A stretch of 64,000 nt of DNA, taken from Rhodospirillales bacterium. GTDB lineage: Bacteria; Pseudomonadota; Alphaproteobacteria; Rhodospirillales; 2-12-FULL-67-15. The translations under genes were made by a program, and so were the position numbers. Shown here piece after piece: positions 26,593-37,729 of the stretch; position 1 is the stretch's first letter; every line of letters begins with the position of its first letter. Location: NCBI GenBank assembly GCA_016872535.1, contig VGZQ01000001.1:65139-129138 (forward strand). Reading direction: 5' to 3'. The notes under the pieces were generated by a model. It ran no database searches. It was not told the origin of the DNA and was given only the letters and a program-made list of their open reading frames with translations.

Positions 26593-27396
26593 GTGGCCAC
26601 CATCCATATCGTGATTCTCGCCCTGGTCCAGGGAATCACCGAGTTCCTGCCGATTTCGTCCTCGGGGCATCTCATCATGCTGCCCCATCTGTTTCATTGG
26701 CCCGATCAGGGGTTGATCGTCGACGTGGCGGTGCACGTCGGCACCTTGGGCGCGGTCGTTCTCTATCTCTGGCGCGACGTGTGGCGCATGACCGCCGGCT
26801 TCGGGCGCCTGCTCCGGGGACGACCGAACGCGGACGCGACGCTCGCGCTTTTCGTCATTGCCGCGACCGTCCCGGTGGTGATCGCCGGCCTTGCCCTCAA
26901 GCGCTACTACCCCGAGGGCATCCGCGATCTCGCCGTGGTCGGCTGGGCGACGCTCGGCTTCGGCCTCGCGCTGTGGATCGCCGACCGGATCGGCATGACG
27001 GTCCGGCGCATGGAGCACATCGGGTTTTCGGATGCGCTGATCATCGGTTTTTCCCAGGTGCTGGCGCTGGTGCCGGGCACCAGCCGTTCCGGCATCACCA
27101 TGACGGCGGCGCGCCTTTTGGGCATGGAACGGCCGGACGCGGCGCGCTTTTCCATGATCCTCTCGATCCCGACCATCGTCGGCGCGGGCGTGCTGGAAGG
27201 CTGGGAGCTTTACAAGCTCGGCGACGCGCAACTGACCGCGGATGTTTTTCTCGCCACGGCGCTCGCCTTCGTCGCCGCCCTCGTCGCCATCGTCCTGATG
27301 ATGGCCTGGCTTCGGCGCGCGAGCTTCGCGCCGTTCGTGGTCTACCGGATCGCGCTCGGCGTTTTCCTCGTCGCCTTCGCCTACGGCTACGTCTGA
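26593..27396 (+). CDS. uppP: Undecaprenyl-diphosphate phosphatase
   Basis: [17 protein letters not shown] and [13 protein letters not shown] motifs. GTG start. Confidence 0.93.
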   Translation: MATIHIVILALVQGITEFLPISSSGHLIMLPHLFHWPDQGLIVDVAVHVGTLGAVVLYLWRDVWRMTAGFGRLLRGRPNADATLALFVIAATVPVVIAGLALKRYYPEGIRDLAVVGWATLGFGLALWIADRIGMTVRRMEHIGFSDALIIGFSQVLALVPGTSRSGITMTAARLLGMERPDAARFSMILSIPTIVGAGVLEGWELYKLGDAQLTADVFLATALAFVAALVAIVLMMAWLRRASFAPFVVYRIALGVFLVAFAYGYV

Positions 27397-27400
27397 GCGC

Positions 27401-28330
27401 TCAGTAGCCTTGCGCCTTGTCCACCAGCCCGTTGGGCGCGAGCCCGGCGCGGAGTCGCCGGATGTTGTCGGCGGCTTCGCGCGCCGCCGGACCGACGAGC
27501 GTGATCGCCGCGATGTGCGGCGTGACGATGACGTTGGGGTGCGTCCAGAACGGGCTTTCCGGCGGCAGAGGTTCGCGGCGGAACACGTCGAGCGCCGCCC
27601 CGGCGAGTTGCCCGGTTGAGAGCGCGGCCAGGACATCGGCCTCGACGGCGAGCCCGCCGCGCCCGGCGTTGATCAAGTACGACCCCTTCGGCAGTTGCGC
27701 CAGGGTGCGGGCGTTGACGATCCCTTCGGTCTCGTTGGTGAGCGGCGCGAGGCAGACGAGAATGTCGCTTTGGCCGAGGAACGCGCCCAATTCGTCGGCG
27801 CCGGCGAATGAACGCGCGCCGGGAACCTGCTTCCTGGTGCGGCTCCAGCCCGCGACCGGAAACCCGAGCGCCAGCAAGTGCCGGGCCGCCGCCTGTCCCA
27901 GATGGCCGAAGCCGAGAATCCCGATCCGCCGGTTTGCGGCTTCTACTTGCGGCACTTTGGTCCAACTCTTCCGCTGCTGGAATTCGCGGTAGCGGTGGAA
28001 CTGGCGGTGAAAATGCAGCACCGCGTGCAGCACGAACTCGACCATGCCGTCGCGCAAGCCGGTGTCGACCAGGCGCACCAGCGGAACCTCGCGCGGCAGA
28101 TCGGGATCGGCGAGCACATAATCGACGCCCGCGCCCAAATTCAGAATCGCCTTGAGGTTCGGGAATCCCTTCATCGCGCCGCGCGGCGGCCGCCAGACCA
28201 GGAGGAATTCGACTTCGGCGCGATCGCCGGCCTCGGGCCAGATGCGGAAGTCTTCCCCCGGCAGCAGGCGGATGAATTCCTGGCGATAGGGTTCCGGGTC
28301 CTCGACCGCACTGACGAAAAGAAGGGCCAT
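27401..28330 (-). CDS. ghrA: D-2-hydroxyacid dehydrogenase, glyoxylate/hydroxypyruvate reductase A-like
   Basis: Collinear with E. coli GhrA as I recall it: ...GAGVD..., NAD fold GILGFGHLGQ, WSRTRK, LDVFRREPLPPESPFWTHPNV..TPHIAA, C-terminus ...GY. Confidence 0.85.
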   Translation of the reverse strand: MALLFVSAVEDPEPYRQEFIRLLPGEDFRIWPEAGDRAEVEFLLVWRPPRGAMKGFPNLKAILNLGAGVDYVLADPDLPREVPLVRLVDTGLRDGMVEFVLHAVLHFHRQFHRYREFQQRKSWTKVPQVEAANRRIGILGFGHLGQAAARHLLALGFPVAGWSRTRKQVPGARSFAGADELGAFLGQSDILVCLAPLTNETEGIVNARTLAQLPKGSYLINAGRGGLAVEADVLAALSTGQLAGAALDVFRREPLPPESPFWTHPNVIVTPHIAAITLVGPAAREAADNIRRLRAGLAPNGLVDKAQGY

Positions 28331-28333
28331 GAT
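28292..28333. repeat. Direct repeat copy 1 (5' end of ghrA-like gene plus start codon)
   Basis: ttccgggtcctcgaccgcActgaCgaaaagaagggccatgat. Matches 28870-28911 at 40 of 42 positions. Confidence 0.95.
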
Positions 28334-28336
28334 TGA

Positions 28337-28549
28337 TCAGAGGTCTCGTGGCGAAAGTCCGGTGTGCCGGGCGATGCGCGCGAGCATAACGGGCCCGATC
28401 TCGTCGCCGTCATGGAACGCGAACACGAAGTCGGGCCAGCCGCTTCGCGCGAGCGTGCGATGGGAGCCGGACTGACGTTTAATTCGCCAACCGATACGGA
28501 CGAGAGCGGCCAAAACCCGCCGCGCCCGCGTGGCTGGCCAGCGGCTCAT
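28337..28549 (-). CDS. hicA: HicA-family mRNA-interferase toxin (YcfA-like)
   Basis: 70 aa. ...LVRIGWRIKRQSGSHRTLAR... is the typical HicA core. Overlaps hicB by 4 nt. Confidence 0.85.
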   Translation of the reverse strand: MSRWPATRARRVLAALVRIGWRIKRQSGSHRTLARSGWPDFVFAFHDGDEIGPVMLARIARHTGLSPRDL

Positions 28550-28815
28550 GCCGCCGCGAACAGGGAGCCAAGCTCGGGAACGCGCTCGCCATTTTCCAGC
28601 CGCTCCGCCAGCACGCGCAGGGCGAGCGCCTCGGCCTTGGCGAGCGCGTCCTTGCGCGTTGCCCCGTAGGCGAGCACGCCGGGCAGAACCGGAATTTCGG
28701 CAATCCAGCGCCCGTCATTCTCGCGGCCAATCTCGACAGCAAGTGACTTCGGCAACCGCCGCGGGCGCGACGCGGATTCCGGTTTCTTCTTCATGGCGAT
28801 AGCCTTCTTTTGCAC
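28546..28815 (-). CDS. hicB: HicB-family antitoxin (UPF0150 fold, no obvious DNA-binding tail)
   Basis: ...GRWIAEIPVLPGVLAYGATRKDALAKAEALALRVLAERLENGERVP. Start may be the internal MKKKP at 28794. Confidence 0.8.
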   Translation of the reverse strand: MQKKAIAMKKKPESASRPRRLPKSLAVEIGRENDGRWIAEIPVLPGVLAYGATRKDALAKAEALALRVLAERLENGERVPELGSLFAAA

Positions 28816-28848
28816 GACGCGCAGTTTATCGAACCTGACCGCGCTACG

Positions 28849-28908
28849 CTACCCCCACCGCATGTCGGTTTCCGGGTCCTCGACCGCGCTGATGAAAAGA
28901 AGGGCCAT
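28849..28908 (-). pseudogene. 19-codon 5' remnant of the ghrA-like gene (MALLFISAVEDPETDMRWG*) left at the original yejF-proximal position
   Basis: Its first 13 codons duplicate the ghrA N-terminus (MALLFVSAVEDPE). The ATG lies 2 nt after the yejF stop. Confidence 0.8.
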
Positions 28909-28911
28909 GAT
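28870..28911. repeat. Direct repeat copy 2
   Basis: ttccgggtcctcgaccgcGctgaTgaaaagaagggccatgat. Both junctions continue with CTGATCA on the minus strand. Confidence 0.95.
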
Positions 28912-30545
28912 CAGGTCGCCACCGCCCCCGACTCGTCGGCCTTCAAGTCGATCGCGGCGGCGATGAGCGCGCGGGTGTAGGGCTCCTTCGGCCGGGCGAA
29001 GATCGCCTCGGCGGGTCCGTGTTCGACCACGCGGCCCTGGCGCAGCACGGCGATCTGGTGGGCCATGGCGCGCACCACGCGGAGATCGTGACTGATGAAC
29101 AGATACGCGAGCCGGTGCTTCTTTTGCAATTCGCGCAGCAGTTCGACGATCTGCGCCTGCACCGACACGTCGAGGGCGCTGGTCGGCTCGTCGAGCACCA
29201 TGAACTTCGGCTTCAAAACCAGCGCGCGGGCGATGGCGATGCGCTGGCGCTGCCCGCCCGAGAATTCGTGCGGGTAGCGGTCCTGGGTCTCGGGGTCGAG
29301 GCCGACCTCGGCGAGCGCCTGGCCAATGACGGTGCGCCGCTCCTCTTCCGCCCCGGCGAGGCCGTGGACGCGCAAGCCTTCCTCGACGATCTGGCCGACC
29401 GAAAGGCGCGGGCTCAAGGACCCGAACGGGTCCTGAAAGACGATCTGCATCTCGCGCCGGAGCGGGCGCAGGGCCTTGGCGCGCAAGCCTTGAATCGCCT
29501 GGCCGCGGAAAGCGATGTCGCCCGCGCTTTTTTCGAGCCGGAGCAGCGCGCGCCCCAGCGTGCTCTTGCCCGAACCCGATTCGCCGACCAGGCCTAAGGT
29601 GTGGCCCTCGCGGATCGCCAGCGTCACGCCGTCCACCGCCTTGACGTGGCCGACCACCCGGCGGATCACGCCGCGCTTGATCGGAAACCACACTTTGAGA
29701 TCGCGACAGGCCATGACCTCGGGCGCGTCGGCGGGCGCCGGTTCGGGCGCGCCCTTGGGTTCGGAAGCGAGCAGATGCTTGGTGTAGTCGTGGCTCGGGC
29801 TTTGGAACACCGCCGGCAGGCGGCCTTCCTCGACGATACGGCCCTGGCGCATGACGTAGGCCCGGGTCGCGATCCGGCGCACGATGCCGAGGTCGTGGGT
29901 GATGAACAGCACCGCCATGCCGAGACGCGCCTGCAAATCCTGCAGCAGCTTCAGGATCTGCGCCTGGATGGTGACGTCGACCGCGGTGGTCGGCTCGTCG
30001 GCGATCAGAAGATCGGGATTGTTGGCGAGCGCCATGGCGATCATCACCCGCTGCTGCTGGCCGCCGGAAAATTCGTGCGGCAGCGCGTCCATGCGCGCGA
30101 TCTGATCCCTGAGGCCGACCAGCTCGAACAGCTCGACCACGCGCGCGCGCGCCGCGTCGGCCGAAAGCGTGCGGTGCAGATGCAGGCTTTCCGCCACCTG
30201 GCGGCCGACCGAATGGAGCGGATTGAGCGACGTCAGCGGCTCCTGGAAGATCATCGAGATGCGGTCGCCGCGGAGCGCGCGCAGCCGCGAATCGGGCGCC
30301 GTCAGGACGTCTTCCCCCCGGAAGCGGACGCTTCCGGCCGGATGCCACGCCAGCGGATAGGGCAGAAGCCGCATCACCGACAACGCGGTCACCGACTTGC
30401 CCGAGCCCGATTCGCCGACCAGCGCCGCGATTTCGCCGCGCCGCACCACCAGGCTCGCGCCCCGCACCGCCTTGACCTCGCGCGCGCCCCGGCCGAACGA
30501 TACGTGCAGGTCTTCGATTTCGAGCAGCGGCGCGGTATCGGGCAT
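28911..30545 (-). CDS. yejF: ABC transporter ATP-binding protein with duplicated ATPase domains (YejF type)
   Basis: Two Walker A motifs (GESGSGKS x2), two signature motifs ([18 protein letters not shown]), and oligopeptide-type C-terminal tails. Confidence 0.9.
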   Translation of the reverse strand: MPDTAPLLEIEDLHVSFGRGAREVKAVRGASLVVRRGEIAALVGESGSGKSVTALSVMRLLPYPLAWHPAGSVRFRGEDVLTAPDSRLRALRGDRISMIFQEPLTSLNPLHSVGRQVAESLHLHRTLSADAARARVVELFELVGLRDQIARMDALPHEFSGGQQQRVMIAMALANNPDLLIADEPTTAVDVTIQAQILKLLQDLQARLGMAVLFITHDLGIVRRIATRAYVMRQGRIVEEGRLPAVFQSPSHDYTKHLLASEPKGAPEPAPADAPEVMACRDLKVWFPIKRGVIRRVVGHVKAVDGVTLAIREGHTLGLVGESGSGKSTLGRALLRLEKSAGDIAFRGQAIQGLRAKALRPLRREMQIVFQDPFGSLSPRLSVGQIVEEGLRVHGLAGAEEERRTVIGQALAEVGLDPETQDRYPHEFSGGQRQRIAIARALVLKPKFMVLDEPTSALDVSVQAQIVELLRELQKKHRLAYLFISHDLRVVRAMAHQIAVLRQGRVVEHGPAEAIFARPKEPYTRALIAAAIDLKADESGAVAT

Positions 30546-30556
30546 GGCGCGTTCCC

Positions 30557-31612
30557 TCAGCGCCGGATCTTTCGCGGATCGAAGGCGTCGCGCACGCCTT
30601 CGCCCACGAACACCAGGAGCGACAGCATCACCGCGAGCACGAAGAACGACGTCAACCCGAGCCACGGCGCCTGCAGGTTGGCCTTGCCCTGGCCGAGCAA
30701 TTCGCCCAAGGAGGCCGAACCAGGGGGAAGCCCGAAGCCCAGGAAATCGAGCGCGGTGAGCGTGGTGATCGAGCCGTTGAGGAGGAACGGCAGGAACGTC
30801 AGGGTCGCGACCATGGCGTTGGGCAGAATGTGGCGAAACATGATGGTGGCGTCGGAAACGCCGAGCGCCCTGGCCGCGCGCACGTAATCGAAATTGCGCC
30901 CGCGCAGGAATTCGGCCCGCACCACGCCCACCAGCGCCATCCAGCTGAACAGCAGCATCAATCCCAGCAGCCACCAGAAGTTGGGCTCGACCACGCTCGC
31001 CAGGATGATGAGAAGATAAAGAGTCGGCAAGCCGCCCCAGATCTCGATGAAACGCTGGAAATAAAGGTCGGTGCGCCCGCCGAAATAACCCTGCACCGCC
31101 CCGGCGGCGATGCCGACCACGGAACTCAAGCCGGTCAGCGCCAATCCGAACAGGACCGACACGCGAAAGCCGTAGATCAGGCGCGCCACCACGTCGCGCG
31201 CCTGGTCGTCGGTGCCGAGCCAGTGTTCGCGGGACGGCGGCGCCGGCGCCGGCACCGACAAATTGCGGTCGATGGTGTTGTACGAATAGCGGACCGGCGG
31301 CCAGATCATCCATCCCTTCTCCTCGATCTTGTTTTTGAGAAAGGGATCGCGGTAATAGGCCTCGGTCGGGAAATCGCCGCCGAAATCGGTTTCGGCGTAG
31401 GAAAAGACCACCGGGACGAAGAACTTGCCCTCGTAGCGCACCAGCAGCGGCTTGTCGTTGGCGATCAATTCGGCGAACAGGCTGGCGGCGAACAGGACGA
31501 GAAAAATCCACAGCGACCAGAAGCCGCGGCGGTTGGCGCGGAAGTTTTCGAGCCGCCGCGCGGTCGGCGGCGCGAGCTTGATTCCGAACAGACGCGATGC
31601 GGCGGCGGTCAT
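30557..31612 (-). CDS. yejE: ABC transporter permease (YejE type)
   Basis: 351 aa, BPD-transporter-type permease. 4-nt overlap with yejB. Confidence 0.88.
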   Translation of the reverse strand: MTAAASRLFGIKLAPPTARRLENFRANRRGFWSLWIFLVLFAASLFAELIANDKPLLVRYEGKFFVPVVFSYAETDFGGDFPTEAYYRDPFLKNKIEEKGWMIWPPVRYSYNTIDRNLSVPAPAPPSREHWLGTDDQARDVVARLIYGFRVSVLFGLALTGLSSVVGIAAGAVQGYFGGRTDLYFQRFIEIWGGLPTLYLLIILASVVEPNFWWLLGLMLLFSWMALVGVVRAEFLRGRNFDYVRAARALGVSDATIMFRHILPNAMVATLTFLPFLLNGSITTLTALDFLGFGLPPGSASLGELLGQGKANLQAPWLGLTSFFVLAVMLSLLVFVGEGVRDAFDPRKIRR

Positions 31613-32727
31613 GTCTCTCTCGCTTCGAAGTCGATGCGCGGATCGACCGCGTGGTAGGCGAGATCGCCGACCAGGTTCATCAGGAGCCCGAGCAGCGTGA
31701 AGAAGTAGAGCGAGCCGAACATGACCGGGTAGTCGCGCTTGAGCGCGGCCTCGAACCCGAGCAGACCGAGCCCGTCGAGGGAGAAGATCACCTCAACCAG
31801 CAGCGCGCCGGTGAACAGAATGCCGATGAAGGCGCCGGGAAAGCCCGCGATCACGATCAGCATGGCGTTGCGGAAGATGTGGCCGTAGAGGATGCCGCGT
31901 TCGGTCGCGCCCTTGGCGCGCGCGGTGGTGACGTACTGCTTGTTGATCTCCTCCAAGAACGAATTCTTGGTCAACATGGTCAAACCGGCGAAGCCGCCCA
32001 CCACCAGCGCCGCGATCGGGAGCGCGATGTGCCAGAAGTAGTCCGCGATCCGCGCCGGCCAATCCATATTCGCCCAGTCGGGCGAAGTCAGCCCGCGCAA
32101 GGGAAAGACGTTCCAGAAGCTTCCGCCCGCGAACAGCACGATCAGCAGGATCGCGAACAAAAAGCCGGGAATGGCGTAGCCGACGATGACCACGGCGCTG
32201 GTCCACACGTCGAAGCGCGACCCGTCGCGCACCGCCTTGGCGATGCCGAGCGGGATCGAGATGAGATAGACCAGCAGCGTGGTCCAGAGACCGAGTGAAA
32301 TGGAAACCGGCAGCTTGTCGAGCACCAGATCGACCACCTTGCGGTCGCGGAAGAAGCTGTCGCCGAAGTCGAACACGAGGTAGTTCCGCATCATGATCAG
32401 GAACCGCTCGTGGGCGGGCTTGTCGAAGCCGTAGAGCTTCTCGATCTGCTCGATCAGCTCGGGTTCCAGGCCGCGCGCGCCGCGGTATTTGGAAACGACG
32501 TCGCCGCCCGCGGTCTGGGCCGGACGCTGCTCGGCGCGCTCGCCCGCCTCGCCCGCGCCGGTGCCGGCGAAGCGGCCGGTGACGTCGGCGGCGGTGCCCT
32601 GCAGCTCGGCGATCATCTGCTCGACCGGGCCGCCCGGCGCCGCCTGCACGATAATGAAGTTGATGACCATGATCCCGAACAACGTCGGGACGATCAGCAG
32701 CAGCCGGCGGAGGACGTAGGCGAGCAT
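31609..32727 (-). CDS. yejB: ABC transporter permease (YejB type)
   Basis: 372 aa. [34 protein letters not shown] is a typical DppB/OppB-like N-terminus. Confidence 0.88.
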   Translation of the reverse strand: MLAYVLRRLLLIVPTLFGIMVINFIIVQAAPGGPVEQMIAELQGTAADVTGRFAGTGAGEAGERAEQRPAQTAGGDVVSKYRGARGLEPELIEQIEKLYGFDKPAHERFLIMMRNYLVFDFGDSFFRDRKVVDLVLDKLPVSISLGLWTTLLVYLISIPLGIAKAVRDGSRFDVWTSAVVIVGYAIPGFLFAILLIVLFAGGSFWNVFPLRGLTSPDWANMDWPARIADYFWHIALPIAALVVGGFAGLTMLTKNSFLEEINKQYVTTARAKGATERGILYGHIFRNAMLIVIAGFPGAFIGILFTGALLVEVIFSLDGLGLLGFEAALKRDYPVMFGSLYFFTLLGLLMNLVGDLAYHAVDPRIDFEARET

Positions 32728-32733
32728 TGCCGT

Positions 32734-34566
32734 CTACTTGCGCCCGCGCCGCGCGTCGATCGCCTTGGCCTTTTCGGCGTCCACCCACCAGCATTCGACG
32801 CAGAGGGTGTACTTGGCGGGCGTTTCGGGGCGGCCGAACCGGTCCCAATAGGCGACGCGGAAGGTGCGGATGTGCCAATGCGGGATCAGGTAATGCCCGG
32901 CCTGCAGCACGCGGTCGAGCGCGCGGGTGCGCGCGATCAGGCTTTCGCGGTCGGGCGCGGCGATCACCAGGTCGATCAGCTCGTCCACCACCGGATCCTT
33001 GATGCCGATGGTGTTGCGGCTGCCGGGCGTATCGGCCGCGGCCGAACCCCAGAAGTCGCGCTGCTCGTTGCCGGGCGACAGCGACTGGCCGAACGAATCG
33101 ACGGTCATGTCGAAATCGAAATCGTCGAGTCGTTTGCGGTACTGCGCCGGCTCGACCGTGCGCACGCGCGCCTCGATGCCGAGCCGCTCCAGGTTGCGCG
33201 CGAACGGCAGCGCGATCCGCTCCCAGGTCGCCTGGGCGAGCAGGATTTCGAACTGGAACGGCTTGCCGGTGGTGCCGTGCACCAGCTTGCGTTCCTTGAC
33301 CGTCCACCCGGCGGCGCGCAAAAGATCGAGGGCGGCGCGCAGGTTGGCGCGCAACGCCTCGTCGCTGCCGCCGACCGGGGGGGCGTATTCCTTGGTGAAT
33401 ATGTCTTCCGGGATGCGTCCCCGGAACTGTTCGAGGATTTTCAGTTCCTCGCCCGTCGGCAGGCCCGAGGACGCCAGTTCCGAATTGGAGAAGTAGCTGC
33501 GGGTGCGGACGTACTGGTCGTAAAACAGGTTCTTGTTCGCCCACTCGAAATCGAAGGCGAGGATCAGCGCCTGGCGCACGCGCTTATCCCTGAAGATCTC
33601 GCGCCGGGTGTTAAACGAAAATCCCTGCATGCCGGTCGGGCGCTCGTGCGGGATTTCCACTTTCTTGATCAGCCCGTCGCGCACCGCGGGAGCGTCGTAG
33701 GCGGTCGCCCAATCCTTGGCGACGTTTTCCTGGCGGAAATCGTATTCGCCGGCCTTGAACGCCTCGAGGGCCACCGTGCCGTCGCGGTAGTAATCGTAGC
33801 GAAGCTCGTCGACGTTGAAGGTGCCGCGCCGGACCGGAAGGTCGCGGCCCCAATAATCGCGCACGCGCTCGTAGGTGACGGAGCGCCCCGCTTCGAACGA
33901 CTTGATGCGGTAAGGACCGCTGCCGAGCGGCGGCTCGAGCGTCGTCTTGTCGAATTCGCGCGTCGACCACCAATGCTTGGGCAGGATCGGAAGCTGGCCG
34001 ACGATCAGCGGCAGCTCTCGGTTGACGCCGTCGGCGAAGGAAAAGCGCACCGTGCGTTCGCCGGTTTGCTCCGCCTTGGCCACGTCCTTGAAATAGGAGC
34101 GGTAGAAGGGATGGCCCTTGGTCTTCAGGGTTTCGAGCGAAAAGATCACGTCGGCGACCGTCACCGGCTTGCCGTCGTGCCAGCGCGCGTTCGGCCGGAG
34201 CGCGAAGGCGACCCAGGAGCGGTCCTCGGGCACCTCGATCGTTTCGGCGAGCAGGCCGTATTCGCTGAACGCCTCGTCGCCGGACCCGAGCAGCAACGTC
34301 TCGAACAGGGCGCCGATGCCGGCGACCGGATTGCCCTTCAGGATATAGGGATTGAAATTGTCGAAGCTGCCGATGGCGGAAAGCCGCGCCTCGCCGCCCT
34401 TGGGCGCGTTCGGGTTGGCGTAATCGAAATGGGTGAAACCGGGACCGTATTTCGGCTCGCCGTGCATGGCGATCCCGTGGACGCGGAGAACTTTCGTCTC
34501 GGCCACGGCCGGTGGCGCGGCCGCGAGAACCGCCAGCACGCCCAAAGCCGCGAACGCGACGCGCAT
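32734..34566 (-). CDS. yejA: Periplasmic substrate-binding protein, family 5 (YejA type)
   Basis: 610 aa with a signal peptide. First gene of the yejABEF-ordered operon. Confidence 0.88.
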   Translation of the reverse strand: MRVAFAALGVLAVLAAAPPAVAETKVLRVHGIAMHGEPKYGPGFTHFDYANPNAPKGGEARLSAIGSFDNFNPYILKGNPVAGIGALFETLLLGSGDEAFSEYGLLAETIEVPEDRSWVAFALRPNARWHDGKPVTVADVIFSLETLKTKGHPFYRSYFKDVAKAEQTGERTVRFSFADGVNRELPLIVGQLPILPKHWWSTREFDKTTLEPPLGSGPYRIKSFEAGRSVTYERVRDYWGRDLPVRRGTFNVDELRYDYYRDGTVALEAFKAGEYDFRQENVAKDWATAYDAPAVRDGLIKKVEIPHERPTGMQGFSFNTRREIFRDKRVRQALILAFDFEWANKNLFYDQYVRTRSYFSNSELASSGLPTGEELKILEQFRGRIPEDIFTKEYAPPVGGSDEALRANLRAALDLLRAAGWTVKERKLVHGTTGKPFQFEILLAQATWERIALPFARNLERLGIEARVRTVEPAQYRKRLDDFDFDMTVDSFGQSLSPGNEQRDFWGSAAADTPGSRNTIGIKDPVVDELIDLVIAAPDRESLIARTRALDRVLQAGHYLIPHWHIRTFRVAYWDRFGRPETPAKYTLCVECWWVDAEKAKAIDARRGRK

Positions 34567-34655
34567 GATTTCGATCCGCGAGAAATTCCCGCGCCTTCCC
34601 CGTGAATTCGGCGATTGTGGCGGCTCGGGCGCGGCCGATCAAGGGAGGGCCGCCA

Positions 34656-35450
34656 TCAAGCTCCCGCGAGCGCCGCCATCGCCTCCGCGTGCCGTCGCCG
34701 ATCGCCCGCCGCCAGAACCTGGCCCTCCGAATCGAGGCCGAGCGGCCGGCCGCGCCAATCGGTGATGATTCCACCCGCGCCTTCCACCACCGCCACCAGC
34801 GGAAGATAGTCCACCGGCTTCATGGTCGCCTCGCAGACCAGATCGACGAACCCTTCCGCGAGCAGGCCGTAGGCGAGGCACTCGGCCCCAAAGACCGGAT
34901 GCTTGACCTTCTTCTTGAGACGGGCGAAGGCGTCGGCTTCCGCGCCCGGGCGGAACATCTCCGGCGTGGTGGCGTAGAGCCAGGCGTCCTTCAGTGCATC
35001 GCACGAACGCACGCGCACGACTTCGCCGTTGCGCGTCGTCGGCCGGCCCGCGATTCCGAGATAACGCACGTCGATCGCCGGATGATCGATGATTCCGAGG
35101 ATCGGGCGGCCTTGGCGCAGCAACGCGATCAGCGTGCCGAACAAGGGCTTCCCCGTGACGAACGACTTGGTGCCGTCGATCGGATCGATCACCCAGACCC
35201 ATTCGGCGTCGGCGCGCGTCGAGGCCATCTCCTCGCCGACCACGCCGTGGCCGGGCTGTTCCTCGGCGACGACCGCGCGCAACGCCCACTCGCACTCGCG
35301 ATCGGCGACGGTAACCGGCGAGGAATCCGCCTTGTCGTCGATCGCCAGCGCGCGGGTCCGGAAATACGGCATGACCGCCGCGCGCGCGGCGTCCGCGAGC
35401 CGGAGCGCGAGCGCGACGAGGGCGTCGGGAACGCCGGGAGTTCCGGTCAC
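34656..35450 (-). CDS. Inositol-monophosphatase-family protein (possible histidinol-phosphatase HisN)
   Basis: SPVTVADRE...EE....WVIDPIDGTKSF...DY motifs. Confidence 0.7.
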   Translation of the reverse strand: MTGTPGVPDALVALALRLADAARAAVMPYFRTRALAIDDKADSSPVTVADRECEWALRAVVAEEQPGHGVVGEEMASTRADAEWVWVIDPIDGTKSFVTGKPLFGTLIALLRQGRPILGIIDHPAIDVRYLGIAGRPTTRNGEVVRVRSCDALKDAWLYATTPEMFRPGAEADAFARLKKKVKHPVFGAECLAYGLLAEGFVDLVCEATMKPVDYLPLVAVVEGAGGIITDWRGRPLGLDSEGQVLAAGDRRRHAEAMAALAGA

Positions 35451-35451
35451 G

Positions 35452-35988
35452 TCAGGGCAGCGGTTTCGGCGAGTCGCTGAGCGAGCGCAGGAATGCGATC
35501 ACCGCGGCGCGCTCGGCGGCGTCCGGCAGCCCGGCGAAGGTCATCTTGTTGCCGGGGGCGTAGTCCTTCGGGCTCTTGAGGAACGTGTCCAGATTTTCGT
35601 AGGTCCATTCCTTGCCGACTTTGCCGAGCGCGGGCGAATAGTTGAACCCGTCCGCCTTGGCCGCGCTCCTTCCGACCACGTCCCACAGCGCCGGGCCGAC
35701 CTTGTGCTTGGCGCCCTTTTCGGCGGCGTGGCAGGCGACGCACTTGCGGAACACCTTGGCGCCATTGTCGGGCGTGGCGGCGGCGAGCAGGGTCTTGAAA
35801 TCCTGCGGCGGGGCGGCGGCCGCGGCGGTGGCGGCGGGCGCGGCAGCGGTCTTGGTTTCGGCGAACGGCAGCTTTTCGGAACCGGCGGTGCGCGGCGCGA
35901 CCAGCACGTCGGCCAGCATATGGCCGCCCCAGATCAGCCACGCGGCGATCAGGAGTCCGGCGCCCGCTTTTTCGAGAAATGACATCAT
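35452..35988 (-). CDS. Membrane-anchored class I cytochrome c (CycM-like)
   Basis: N-terminal TM segment (AGAGLLIAAWLIWGG), heme site CVACH, distal ...KMTFAGL. Start chosen at MMSFLEK. Confidence 0.8.
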   Translation of the reverse strand: MMSFLEKAGAGLLIAAWLIWGGHMLADVLVAPRTAGSEKLPFAETKTAAAPAATAAAAAPPQDFKTLLAAATPDNGAKVFRKCVACHAAEKGAKHKVGPALWDVVGRSAAKADGFNYSPALGKVGKEWTYENLDTFLKSPKDYAPGNKMTFAGLPDAAERAAVIAFLRSLSDSPKPLP

Positions 35989-36071
35989 GGTCTGCTGTCC
36001 CTTGCGTCGGGCGAATGTAGCGGGCCCGACACAGGTATTCAACCGCCGCCCGGCGCGATAATGTGGCGCAA

Positions 36072-36851
36072 ATGTCCGTTCCGCCCCGCATCCAACCCCG
36101 CAATCCGGTCGCGGTGATTCCGGCGCGCATGGCCTCGACCCGTTTTCCGGGAAAGCCGCTCGCCGATCTTCTGGGCGAGCCGATGATCGTTCACGTCTGG
36201 CGGCGCGCCCGCGAGGCCGCCGTCGGCCCGGTGATCGTCGCGGCCGCCGAACAAGAAATCGCCGACGCCGTGCGCCGCGCGGGCGGCGAGGCGGTGCTGA
36301 CCGCGCCCGAGCTGCCGTCGGGTTCGGACCGCATCCACGCGGCGCTCGCGGCCTTCGATCCCGAAAGGCGCTTCGACGCGGTGGTCAACGTCCAGGGCGA
36401 TCTGCCGACCATCGAGGCGGAAGCGGTGCGCGCGGCGCTGGAGCCGCTCGCCGACGCGGCCGTCGACATCGCCACCCTGGTCGCCGAGATCGCGGAACCC
36501 GAGGAACGCGACGACCCCAACGTGGTCAAGGCCGCGGTCGGCTTCGCGCCCGGATCGCGCATCGCCCGCGCGCTCTATTTCAGCCGGGCCGCGATCCCCT
36601 CGGGCGCGGGGCCGCTTTATCACCATATCGGCCTCTACGCCTACCGGCGGGAGGCGTTGGAGCGGTTCGTCGGCCTGCCCGAAAGCCCGCTCGAAAAACG
36701 CGAACGGCTGGAGCAGTTGCGCGCGCTCGAAGCCGGAATGCGCATCGCCGCGCGGCTCGTTGACACCGTTCCGCTCGGTGTCGATACTCCCGCCGACCTC
36801 GCGCGCGCGCGCGAAATTATTAAGGCGCGTCAACCAGCGAACCGCCGATGA
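36072..36851 (+). CDS. kdsB: 3-deoxy-manno-octulosonate cytidylyltransferase
   Basis: [29 protein letters not shown]...VNVQGDLP... The alternative GTG start is at 36063. Confidence 0.92.
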   Translation: MSVPPRIQPRNPVAVIPARMASTRFPGKPLADLLGEPMIVHVWRRAREAAVGPVIVAAAEQEIADAVRRAGGEAVLTAPELPSGSDRIHAALAAFDPERRFDAVVNVQGDLPTIEAEAVRAALEPLADAAVDIATLVAEIAEPEERDDPNVVKAAVGFAPGSRIARALYFSRAAIPSGAGPLYHHIGLYAYRREALERFVGLPESPLEKRERLEQLRALEAGMRIAARLVDTVPLGVDTPADLARAREIIKARQPANRR

Positions 36852-37720
36852 CGAAAGCGAAAGAACGCGGGACCATCGCCTTCCAGGGCGCGGCCGGGGC
36901 CTATTCCGACCTCGCCTGCCGCGAAGCCTATCCGGCGATGCGGACGCTGCCGTGCCGAACCTTCGAGGACGCGTTCGAGGCGCTGGCCAAGGGCCGCGCC
37001 CGGCTGGCCATGATCCCGATCGAAAATTCGGTCGCCGGGCGCGTCGCCGACATCCATCACCTGCTGCCCGATTCGGGGCTTTATATCGTCGGCGAGCATT
37101 TCCAGCGGGTGAACCATCATCTGCTCGGTCTCAAGGGCGCGCGCCTCGGCGACATCGTCCGCGTCCACAGCCACGTGCACGCCCTCAATCAATGCCGCAA
37201 GTTGATCCGCCGGCTGCGCCTGCACCCGGTCGTCACCGAGGACACCGCCGGCGCGGCGGCGCACATCGCCAAGCTCGGCGATCCGACGCAAGGAGCGATC
37301 GCGTCCAAGCTCGCGGCGCGCATCTACGGCCTCAAGTCGCTCAAGGCCAATATCGAGGACGCCGAACACAACACCACCCGCTTCATCGTCATGGCGAAGA
37401 AGCCGCGCATGCCGCGCCCCGGATCCGGCCCGGTCATCACCAGCTTCGTGTTCCGCGTGCGCAACGTGCCGGCGGCGCTGTTGAAGGCGCTGGCCGGCTT
37501 CGCCACCAACGGCGTCAACATGACCAAGCTCGAAAGCTACGTCAGCCCCGATTTCGTCGCCGCCCAGTTCTACGCCGACATCGAGGGGCACCCCGAGGAC
37601 CGCAACGTCAAGCTCGCGTTCGAGGAGCTCGGCTTCTACACCCACGAGGTCAAGGTGCTCGGCGTCTATCCCGCGCACGCCTACCGTCTCAAGATGGAAA
37701 AGCGCGCCGCCGGAAAGTAA
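36848..37720 (+). CDS. pheA: Prephenate dehydratase
   Basis: [12 protein letters not shown]...[11 protein letters not shown]...TRF (TRF motif) with an ACT domain at the C-terminus. ATGA overlap with kdsB. Confidence 0.92.
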   Translation: MTKAKERGTIAFQGAAGAYSDLACREAYPAMRTLPCRTFEDAFEALAKGRARLAMIPIENSVAGRVADIHHLLPDSGLYIVGEHFQRVNHHLLGLKGARLGDIVRVHSHVHALNQCRKLIRRLRLHPVVTEDTAGAAAHIAKLGDPTQGAIASKLAARIYGLKSLKANIEDAEHNTTRFIVMAKKPRMPRPGSGPVITSFVFRVRNVPAALLKALAGFATNGVNMTKLESYVSPDFVAAQFYADIEGHPEDRNVKLAFEELGFYTHEVKVLGVYPAHAYRLKMEKRAAGK

Positions 37721-37729
37721 GGCGGGACG

